64,000 nt of DNA, taken from a virus. Taxonomy: Duplodnaviria > Caudoviricetes. The notes under the pieces are model-generated. The model searched no databases and was not told the DNA's origin. It saw only the letters and a list, made by a program, of their open reading frames with translations. The position numbers were made by a program, and so were the translations under genes. This document shows positions 28,738 to 35,657 of the stretch, in pieces; position 1 is the stretch's first letter; each line of letters starts with the position of its first letter. Location: positions 1 through 64,000 of the IMG/VR virus record IMGVR_UViG_2513237354_000022; one strand, written 5' to 3'.

Positions 28738-29355
28738 TCATGCGCGACGCCGGAAGGCATAACTGCCTATACCCTCTCTGCCAAGTTCAGTTTCTGCGGT
28801 GTTGTGCTCAGTACAGTCAAAGACCCGGCCGCCAAACCAGCGCAGCAGGCCGTCATGAGTCCAGTACCAGATATGCTCCGTCTTACGGAAATGGCGTGAT
28901 TTCAGGATAGCATCTCCATCGGCAAAAATCGGCACCGACACGAATACCCACTTTTCAGCTTTTGCTACGGCAACGTCCGGGCGGTCAATGTGCTCCACCG
29001 CGTCCCACAGGGAAAGTGCCGGGTAGCGTTCGGCGTACAAATCAGCCCACAGACCTCGCTGTTTCAGCCAATCAACCCCGGCGGGATTCACGTCATAGCC
29101 GCGGGTATTGGGCCGGGCCTCAACGAACTGGCCGGCACCGATGCCGACATCCACCAGCGGTCCATCATAATGGCGCGCCACCAGCTGAATGCGGGCCTGC
29201 GTCAACGCATGCCCCATCGGCGTGTCGGCCATCTGCTGATAGCGGGAAAAATAGTGTTCGTCATACGGGCGGTTTTGCGGTACCGGAAAATACCCCATGC
29301 CCAGCGCGGGCAGCCAGACCAGCCCGTGTTTCAGTTCGTCAAAGAACGATTCCAT
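28738..29355 (-). CDS. Class I SAM-dependent methyltransferase (cassette gene 3, prophage 1)
   Basis: DVGIGAG motif I, GYDVNP, WDAVEH; colinear with 60180-60794. Confidence 0.88.
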   Translation of the reverse strand: MESFFDELKHGLVWLPALGMGYFPVPQNRPYDEHYFSRYQQMADTPMGHALTQARIQLVARHYDGPLVDVGIGAGQFVEARPNTRGYDVNPAGVDWLKQRGLWADLYAERYPALSLWDAVEHIDRPDVAVAKAEKWVFVSVPIFADGDAILKSRHFRKTEHIWYWTHDGLLRWFGGRVFDCTEHNTAETELGREGIGSYAFRRRA

Positions 29356-30202
29356 GCAGCCACTCGTGAAGTTTGTCGTCAAAATTGCTTATGCGCCGGT
29401 CACAGTCGTGATCTGCCCGCATGCAGCGGCAGTAGTTATCGGGCATCGCCCAGCGGGTGTGGGATAAATCCATTGCCGGATCCGTTACAATTTCCGGCGC
29501 GTTATGCCCGCCACGACCGCCCGCTACCACAAACAGCGGTGTCTGATACGCGATAGCCATAGGAACCGAAAACCCTACCGGAGTGACCACGCAGGCGGCA
29601 CGCACGTAAAGGCTGCACAGCTGCGTCAGCGTCAGCTCGCCGTGGTGAAGTTTTAAATCAGCCGCGGGTTCGTCGCCTATTATCCATTCCATGCCGGGAA
29701 CGGTATCGGCCACGCTTACCACGAAAAAGTGCTGGCGCAGCCGCTGTGCGGCGCGTACCAGATACTCAGGATTGGGATTACGTGAAGCGCTGGCCCACTC
29801 TGTGCGCACGGTTGAAGGCCGGATGACCGCAACGGATCTGTCTGTCGGTATGGACGGGTGCAGATCGTTAAACTGCGGCAGGTCAAACTGCAGCGGGCCG
29901 TTCACGCCAAACTGACGCCGGAACGCCGGGATAATGCCGCCAGCAGACAAATCAGTCGGGCCGTATCCGATGCGCTTTCTGACGCCACCGCGTGGTACCG
30001 GATGGAAGACATAGCGCGACCGGAGTTCGTTTTTCTCCTGGGTGCGCAGGTGCGTACCGCTGCGGACGCATTTCACATTGAGGCCGCGATACAGTTCCGG
30101 CCAGCAGGTCCGCACATATGCGCCGGGGAAGTGGCGCAGGAACGGGCGCTGGTAGATGGAATCACCCAAGCCCAGCATTCCTTCAAAATAATACGTTGTC
30201 AC
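29339..30202 (-). CDS. GT9/heptosyltransferase-like glycosyltransferase (cassette gene 2, prophage 1)
   Basis: GMLGLGDSIY, AVIRP, LTLTQLCSL...AACVVTPVGF...A..YQTP; C-terminal CxCx4HxC. Confidence 0.78.
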   Translation of the reverse strand: MTTYYFEGMLGLGDSIYQRPFLRHFPGAYVRTCWPELYRGLNVKCVRSGTHLRTQEKNELRSRYVFHPVPRGGVRKRIGYGPTDLSAGGIIPAFRRQFGVNGPLQFDLPQFNDLHPSIPTDRSVAVIRPSTVRTEWASASRNPNPEYLVRAAQRLRQHFFVVSVADTVPGMEWIIGDEPAADLKLHHGELTLTQLCSLYVRAACVVTPVGFSVPMAIAYQTPLFVVAGGRGGHNAPEIVTDPAMDLSHTRWAMPDNYCRCMRADHDCDRRISNFDDKLHEWLHGIVL

Positions 30203-30735
30203 AGCACGTCCTCAGGTCGGGCTCGCGGAAAACAGGTCAGCACCGTGTGGCGCGAGCAGTTGATGATGCTGACCGACTGAAGGCTGTCCGCCAGACGCTG
30301 AAACTCACCCTGCCAGCGCCGGGTGCTTTCGGCGTCAGGATTTTTAAGCCCGTCAGGGTGATCCCCATGCCAGTGCGTGCCGTATTCCAGCGAGCAGTCG
30401 TAGCCCAGCAGGATGATTCGCTCAGCGCCCAGATGGACAGCAAGTTGAATGGCACGCTGGCCGGAGTTGAAAGAGTCGCTGTCGGACGGCCGGAACAGAT
30501 TAATGTCGTAGCGCAGATGCGCCCGCCCGCTGACCGTCCAGCGTTGCGCATCTGTAGCGAGTGCGGCGTGGTGCCTGTCCCACCAACTACAGTCGGCAGC
30601 AAAGAGATAATGGCATGCGGGGATCAACTGCCAGCTGGAGTTAACGGCGATAACGGGGTGAACTGAGTTTACGGCAAGATCACAGTCAGAGCGCGTCAGC
30701 GATGGACCGCTGGCAATGCAGATTACAGAATTCAT
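30199..30735 (-). CDS. Maf/MptE(DUF115)/sialyltransferase-like transferase (cassette gene 1, prophage 1)
   Basis: ICIASGPSL, IAVNSSW, NSGQRAI..A..LGA.RIILLGYD, HWHGDH, IINCSR. Confidence 0.72.
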   Translation of the reverse strand: MNSVICIASGPSLTRSDCDLAVNSVHPVIAVNSSWQLIPACHYLFAADCSWWDRHHAALATDAQRWTVSGRAHLRYDINLFRPSDSDSFNSGQRAIQLAVHLGAERIILLGYDCSLEYGTHWHGDHPDGLKNPDAESTRRWQGEFQRLADSLQSVSIINCSRHTVLTCFPRARPEDVL

Positions 30736-31068
30736 TAAAGACGGTCCGTTGTGCCTGGGTTTAAACAAAATGCGCATAAATGAGATCTGTTATCATCTTC
30801 AATTCTGACCCGGGAGGCATTCAGTTTGGTTTCCCACACAAAAAAACACCGCCGCAGATTACTGCGCGCATTAGCAAAAAGCAGAAACTTTCTTTTACTT
30901 TCAGGAACAGAGCATTGCCCCGTCCGGCAGAAATACATTTCCACAACGTCGGATAACGTTCCTGTCATCATTCATGTTATTGATTCTGATGATGCGGACG
31001 GTTAACGACTGAATTCAGGCGCGAGGCTGTCGCTATCGCAGGCGCGCCGTCAGTGCCTGCTTTAACAC

Positions 31069-31245
31069 TTACTGACTGGTTTCCTCATCGTGGCCGAGAA
31101 TATCCGCCAGTGCGGTATCCACCGCCGAGTCAATCTGGGTATCAAGGTCAGCTTTAATCTGAGTTTTCAATGCAGTAGTGACTGCATCGGATTTCAGCGC
31201 ATTTTTTACCAGTGTGTCAGTGACGATATCTTTTACTTCTGCCAT
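31069..31245 (-). CDS. Small acidic hypothetical protein
   Basis: AAGGAG RBS before MAEVKDIVTD; 58 aa. Confidence 0.65.
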   Translation of the reverse strand: MAEVKDIVTDTLVKNALKSDAVTTALKTQIKADLDTQIDSAVDTALADILGHDEETSQ

Positions 31246-31364
31246 TTCAGGCTCCTTTTGAGTTTTGCGGCTGAACAGCCAGTCTTTTATCCACATGGTT
31301 ATAGCCTGTGGTCACGATTGATATTGTCGAGGAATGTATAAAACGCAGATGTAGCAGAGCCAAT

Positions 31365-31389
31365 AAAAAAAGCGGCACATGGCCGCTTT
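31365..31389. terminator. Terminator after the Tlde1-like/immunity pair
   Basis: A7-GCGGC-acatg-GCCGC-TTT. Confidence 0.75.
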
Positions 31390-31413
31390 AATACGAAGAC
31401 GTTGGATTAGCTG

Positions 31414-31752
31414 TCAATTACTGATCTCACTTTTACTGACCTGATAAACGCTTACGCCTGTTAGAGAACACTCATCAGTTGAAGCATCATTTTTAGTGAT
31501 AATCTCATAAGATTTCCCAGCCTTGTCATAGAAAACAAAGTGATAAACCTCCGTCCATACGCCCTGCTTCTTCTTTTCCGCAGCAAGTAAATGTACTTTT
31601 GTTTTCGACTCATCCAACTGACTTATATCAACCTCTTTTTGATTCTTGAGCCATACTTCGGCCATGTTTTTTGGCCAGGATGAACATCCTGGAGCTGCAG
31701 CCAGAACACTAAGCGGAAACAAAGTTACTAAAGCCAGTAAAATCTTCTTCAT
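31414..31752 (-). CDS. Sec-exported protein, putative cognate immunity protein
   Basis: Signal peptide MKKILLALVTLFPLSVLA; two Cys; ATGA overlap with the upstream toxin-like gene. Confidence 0.65.
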   Translation of the reverse strand: MKKILLALVTLFPLSVLAAAPGCSSWPKNMAEVWLKNQKEVDISQLDESKTKVHLLAAEKKKQGVWTEVYHFVFYDKAGKSYEIITKNDASTDECSLTGVSVYQVSKSEISN

Positions 31753-32114
31753 TCAATCACCTCCAGATTTCTGTCGCCGCTGCTCCAGACAGAATGACGA
31801 ACATTTAAAGGCATAATAATGCAGCCATTAGAAGCTTCACCGGGATGCGCAGTGCTGTCACCATGAATTAAGAAGCCGGAACGGCCATACATTATGTTTG
31901 ATGCGGCAGGCGTCAGACGCATTGAATAGGCTCCTGTGTGAGGATGTTTGAATGGCGCTCCTATTGTGTATTTTCCTCTCGGCAGAGGACCAATATCGGC
32001 TGTTCCCTGCATAGTTGGGGCGTTCTTTCCTGCTCCTACTCCCGCATAGCCATTACCAATCAATTTGTTATTACGAAAAAGTTTTCCTGAGCTTTGATGA
32101 TAAATCCAGGTCAT
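31749..32114 (-). CDS. Tlde1/DUF2778-like L,D-transpeptidase-fold protein
   Basis: GPLPRGKYTI, RSGFLIHGD...ASNGCI (His-x13-Cys); no signal peptide. Confidence 0.82.
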   Translation of the reverse strand: MTWIYHQSSGKLFRNNKLIGNGYAGVGAGKNAPTMQGTADIGPLPRGKYTIGAPFKHPHTGAYSMRLTPAASNIMYGRSGFLIHGDSTAHPGEASNGCIIMPLNVRHSVWSSGDRNLEVIE

Positions 32115-32223
32115 ATTCCTTATTCCTATAGGATCACATGCAACTCAGATTCTAGTTAGTTAAAAACCTAAAAAGAAATTTTTCCGCACAATGTGTTTTC
32201 TGGACAGTATTAACTACATGCTC

Positions 32224-32691
32224 TCAATCTCGATTGGTGACAATCTGTCTTATATAGTCCTGAAGATAGCTTATTTTTTGTTGGTCGCTGATGATGCCTG
32301 CTCGGATATCAAGAATGTTTTGTCGAGAATCTGAAGAGAATTCGACGGCGGCTGCATAGCCCAGGCTGCGGGTTGCTGACGCTGAGCCGGTACCGGACAC
32401 GGGGCATTTTGCGTGGACGTACATGCGGCGAGTACCATCGGCAAGCTGACGGCTAAGAGCATCATTCTGAGATTCGGCAGCACTGAGCGCCTCCGTGTGG
32501 GTTTTATCGAGTGCGGCCAGTTTCTGCTGGCGCTCCTGAATGTCGGTAATGGTGTCGAACTGTTGCCTCGTAATCTGATATGCAGCACGATAATCCTTTC
32601 GCCAGGCGACGGCTTTATCGTGATAGTGGTCAGCGGCCCAGCCCAGAGAGAGAACAGCGACTGCCAGTGCAGCAATAAGGTATTTATTCAT
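32224..32691 (-). CDS. Rz/i-spanin, prophage 1
   Basis: N-terminal TM, coiled coil, RRMYVHAKCP, QQKISYLQDYIR. Confidence 0.9.
   Translation of the reverse strand: MNKYLIAALAVAVLSLGWAADHYHDKAVAWRKDYRAAYQITRQQFDTITDIQERQQKLAALDKTHTEALSAAESQNDALSRQLADGTRRMYVHAKCPVSGTGSASATRSLGYAAAVEFSSDSRQNILDIRAGIISDQQKISYLQDYIRQIVTNRD
32271..32483 (-). CDS. Rz1/o-spanin lipoprotein embedded in Rz
   Basis: Lipobox VLAAC; Pro-rich PAAWAMQPP in an alternate frame; start uncertain. Confidence 0.82.
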   Translation of the reverse strand: MLPNLRMMLLAVSLPMVLAACTSTQNAPCPVPAQRQQPAAWAMQPPSNSLQILDKTFLISEQASSATNKK

Positions 32692-33308
32692 ACCTTGAGC
32701 GCCACCAGCGCAACCTGATATCTGGCTTTCCGATCCTCAAGGCCATTGGCACCGCCATTAATAATCTTCGTGATCGCCTCAATATCACCACCATGCTTCA
32801 GGCAACCCTTTGAGGCGTAAAACCATGCAGCCGAACGGGCGGCATACTCATCCTGTTCCAGCAATTGCGGAATTAACAGCAAATCGGCACCCAGACCAGC
32901 ACCACAATCCCGGTAATTGTCGTGGCCGGTGATCTGTATCAGGCCACGGCCACGATAATTCCAGCCGTCATTTGATCCCGGATAACCGTTACCCATTCGG
33001 TTTGCATAGACAATATTTGCTATTGCCTGCTGGTTAGCTGCGTGTTCAGTGGTGCGTCCGTATTTCTGAGCGCTTTCTGCGTCGAAATATTTCCCAAACG
33101 TAGCCAGCAAACCATCAGCCGAATAATTCAGATTCTCGACAATGCGGGTGAAACCACCGGACTCATGCCCTACCTGAGCGATAAACTTTGCCTGATCGTC
33201 AGCGGAGGTAATGCCAAACTCAGTCATTGCCGCATCAATTGGCTGAAACCAACGCGCAGCTAATTCGGCGCTGATATTAGCCGCCTTCTGAAACTGTGAT
33301 TTATTCAT
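32688..33308 (-). CDS. GH19-family endolysin, prophage 1
   Basis: FIAQVGHESGGF..ENLNYS, YRGRGLIQITG, IINGG.NGL.DR. Confidence 0.94.
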   Translation of the reverse strand: MNKSQFQKAANISAELAARWFQPIDAAMTEFGITSADDQAKFIAQVGHESGGFTRIVENLNYSADGLLATFGKYFDAESAQKYGRTTEHAANQQAIANIVYANRMGNGYPGSNDGWNYRGRGLIQITGHDNYRDCGAGLGADLLLIPQLLEQDEYAARSAAWFYASKGCLKHGGDIEAITKIINGGANGLEDRKARYQVALVALKV

Positions 33309-33631
33309 TCGCTTTTCTCTGTGCTGATGCCGGTACGCTTGGTAAATAACGCCACGGCACTATCACGCATTCGGTCAGCGCCAATAAAACCAATCATGCC
33401 GCCAACGAATGCGCCGGAATTTGCAGGAAGGCCCAAATATTCCAGAATCGCTGATACTGCTAACGCTGCAATTCCGCATACTAACGCCCCGGTAGCTGTA
33501 TAGATTTTGGGCTTTCCAGCCCTGATATCCATTAATGCCGAAATCCCTAAAGCCGTCAGCCCGGCATAAACCGACGGCAGGTATACAGCCAACCATTTCA
33601 TTGTTTGCTCAATTATTCCGTGTTTTTCCAT
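33305..33631 (-). CDS. Holin (lambda-like, 3 TM), prophage 1
   Basis: GAGG RBS before MEKHG; three hydrophobic segments; homolog of 59773-60105. Confidence 0.9.
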   Translation of the reverse strand: MEKHGIIEQTMKWLAVYLPSVYAGLTALGISALMDIRAGKPKIYTATGALVCGIAALAVSAILEYLGLPANSGAFVGGMIGFIGADRMRDSAVALFTKRTGISTEKSE

Positions 33632-33743
33632 AGTCACCTCTGGAACGGGGCGCCGTGTGAGAATAAAAAATCCCCGAATATCCAGGAGCGGCAAAGGGGA
33701 AAGGCGTTTCACTAAATTGACCTGTTAGCGGCCTTAATATGAG

Positions 33744-33800
33744 AAAGCCCCTGCGAGTGCAGAGGCCTTAAAAAAATAAAACCCCACCGAAGTGAGGTTT
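33744..33800 (-). terminator. Two tandem terminators upstream of the holin (late tR'-like)
   Basis: AAACCTCAC-ttcg-GTGGGGTTTT (33770-33800) and GGCCTCTGCA...GCAGGGGCTTT (33744-33768); the latter resembles 62217-62247. Confidence 0.7.
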
Positions 33801-33815
33801 CTTAAATAGTGGGGC

Positions 33816-33988
33816 GGCTTTGTTGAATAATAGGTAATCATTCTGTTTTGTCTGCACTGTTTTGGTAGAAAACGCTGATGCCAGACAGAACACCGTCATA
33901 CGCAAGCATGTAACGCATTGATTTTATGTTATCTGAAACAACCGTTTTCATAGTACCACAGCATAAAATCCATTTATTCAACAAAGCC
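33816..33988 (-). mobile_element. 173-bp MITE, copy B (inverted relative to copy A)
   Basis: Same TIRs and interior as 5119-5291; flanks TAGTGGGGC / ACTCATCCC are not duplicated. Confidence 0.9.
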
Positions 33989-34056
33989 ACTCATCCCTTG
34001 TGAGAGCTAAAAGCGGCATTGCTAATCTCCTATAAATGATACAGATGAAGGCGGTA

Positions 34057-35226
34057 TTAACCGATCTGCTTAACGTGCCAGAAAATTTTATCAGCGTAGA
34101 GCTCATAACCTTTACGCTGATCTTCCAGCCAGTCATGTTTGTTGTACACCGCCATTACCCCGCCAAGTTCGTGCCCCAACATCTTTTCGGTGACATGGGG
34201 CAATATCCCTTCCTCTGACAGATTCGTTACCAGGGTGCGCCTGAAATCATGCGTACGCCATTCGGGAATATCGATTTTGCTTCTCAGTTTTCGCATGTAC
34301 AGATTGCACGATGAGCGATCTATTGCTGTGTCCAGTTCCTGACCGGGAAACATAACCGGATTTTTCATTGCAAGCAGCCTTTCAACATAAGGTTGTATCT
34401 GTTCGAAAATGGGACGCCTGATGATGTTACCCATCTTCGAATGCTCTGCTGGCGTCGTCCAGATAAGATCATCCATGTTGAATTCAGCGGGGGTAGACAG
34501 CCGCAGTTCTGAAAGGCGGGCGCCCCAAAGCAACAACATCTGGTGAAGAATTTTATTAGAAGAAAAGACTTTATTATTTTCCAGCGCCAGCCAGATTTTC
34601 GCCAGTTCGTTATAGGTGAGAACGCGCTCGCCGGTATCAGGTTTTTTTCCGATATTTTTAACGCTCAGTTTAAGCACTTCACAGGAGGGAATAAGCTGGC
34701 GGCTGATGCACCAGTTCATGACTGATCGGAGTTGCAGAAGCAGTACCCTGGCTTTCTTCTTATTGGTCTGTTCCTGCTTATCGAAAAATTGCACCCAAAG
34801 CGACACAGGGATGTTTGCTACCGGCACATCCTTAAATTGTGTGTACATGGTGTTGTACACAACTGACTTGTACAGGATGCGTGTGTTTTCCTTTAGCCCG
34901 GTAACGTACTTGTTCCACCACTCATCGAGGCAGTCTTGTAGCGTCAGTTCCCCGCTGCTGCCGACCAAATAAGTTTTGGGGTTAACCCCCTTCATGTACA
35001 ATGCCCGCATTTCGCCGACCGCTACGCGAGCCTCTTTGAGAGACATAGCAGGATAGCGGCCAAGCGTGATGCGTACAGGCTTATTTTGCCAGCGGTAGCG
35101 ATACTGAAAAGCGATGGTACCATTAGGCGTAATGCGCGCACTCAGGCCGTCAGCGTCGGTCACCTCTGCCGGGCCGCTGTAGGGCTTGCCGTTTATGCTG
35201 CGCAGTTTGGTATCGCTGAGGGCCAT
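34057..35226 (-). CDS. Tyrosine integrase with N-terminal arm-binding domain, prophage 1
   Basis: MALSDTKL start; WGARLSEL, HSKMG, HDFRRT, LGHELGGVMAVY catalytic motifs. Confidence 0.95.
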   Translation of the reverse strand: MALSDTKLRSINGKPYSGPAEVTDADGLSARITPNGTIAFQYRYRWQNKPVRITLGRYPAMSLKEARVAVGEMRALYMKGVNPKTYLVGSSGELTLQDCLDEWWNKYVTGLKENTRILYKSVVYNTMYTQFKDVPVANIPVSLWVQFFDKQEQTNKKKARVLLLQLRSVMNWCISRQLIPSCEVLKLSVKNIGKKPDTGERVLTYNELAKIWLALENNKVFSSNKILHQMLLLWGARLSELRLSTPAEFNMDDLIWTTPAEHSKMGNIIRRPIFEQIQPYVERLLAMKNPVMFPGQELDTAIDRSSCNLYMRKLRSKIDIPEWRTHDFRRTLVTNLSEEGILPHVTEKMLGHELGGVMAVYNKHDWLEDQRKGYELYADKIFWHVKQIG

Positions 35227-35238
35227 CGTTATATTTCC

Positions 35239-35284
35239 TGTACACATCCGATAGCTGTCATTCTGTACTCAATGTGTACGCAAT
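35239..35284. promoter_or_regulatory. Probable integrase arm-type sites (prophage 1 att)
   Basis: TGTACACA (35239), TGTACTCAAT (35264), TGTACGCAAT (35275). Confidence 0.6.
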
Positions 35285-35422
35285 GGCAAGTGAACGAAGT
35301 GATATTAAAGTGAAACACAGGCGGGCAAGTCGAAACAAAAAGGAACGTAAGACTTGAGAAAAACAGAGGGTTTGCGGTAGGATAGAAACACTCGCGAACT
35401 GTTCAAAACAGCACCGAACGAC

Positions 35423-35497
35423 GTCCTCTTAGTTAAATGGATATAACGAGCCCCTCCTAAGGGCTAGTTGCAGGTTCGATTCCTGCAGGGGACGCCA
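35423..35497 (+). tRNA. argW: tRNA-Arg (CCT)
   Basis: GTCCTCTTAGTTAAATGGATATAACGAGCCCCTCCTAAGGGCT...GGTTCGATTCCTGCAGGGGACGCCA; cloverleaf with CCT anticodon and encoded CCA. Confidence 0.97.
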
Positions 35498-35504
35498 TTA
35501 CACT

Positions 35505-35657
35505 GTTCGCCAGCATCCGCAGAAGTTCGTTAAATCCCCGCCAAATCAGCAATCACAGGTAATTACTGTTCGCTAACGTTCGCTTTAGATCGTTGACAGC
35601 CGCACTGTTTAGCGGGTAAAAAACGGGTAAAGCATTTTACCCACCGGAATTTTACCC
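35505..35657 (+). promoter_or_regulatory. attL arm of a KpLE1-type recombination module with the intS promoter
   Basis: GTTCG at 35505, 35525, 35568, 35578 and GATCG at 35588 (10-bp phasing). TTGACA (35593), 18 bp, TAAAAA. CGGGTAAA x2 and TTTACCC x2. Confidence 0.75.

Larger units (their letters stand above)
5292..35420 (-). mobile_element. Defective prophage 1 (contractile tail): integrase plus late operon only
   Basis: Contiguous lysis, packaging, head and tail genes on minus strand. Integrase abuts the lysis region across a MITE. No repressor, replication or Q genes. Confidence 0.9.

Noticed and set aside
30735-30971. 78-aa ORF overlapping the start of the prophage 1 cassette as a fourth cassette gene
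   Set aside because: No counterpart in prophage 2, no motif and no clear RBS; only the TAATG overlap supports it.
32150-32225. LexA box upstream of the Tlde1-like gene
   Set aside because: CTGTCCAGAAAACACA lacks the terminal CAG of CTG-N10-CAG.
33305-33631. Lambda-type dual-start holin/antiholin control
   Set aside because: A second Met (EQTMKW) is conserved in both holins but lies 10-11 codons in, unlike the Met-Lys-Met motif, and has no clear RBS.
5119-33988. A single intact composite-transposon insertion or simple inversion
   Set aside because: Outer flanks do not match each other, and no left/right or reverse-complement pairing yields a 9-bp duplication; adjacent deletions fit better.
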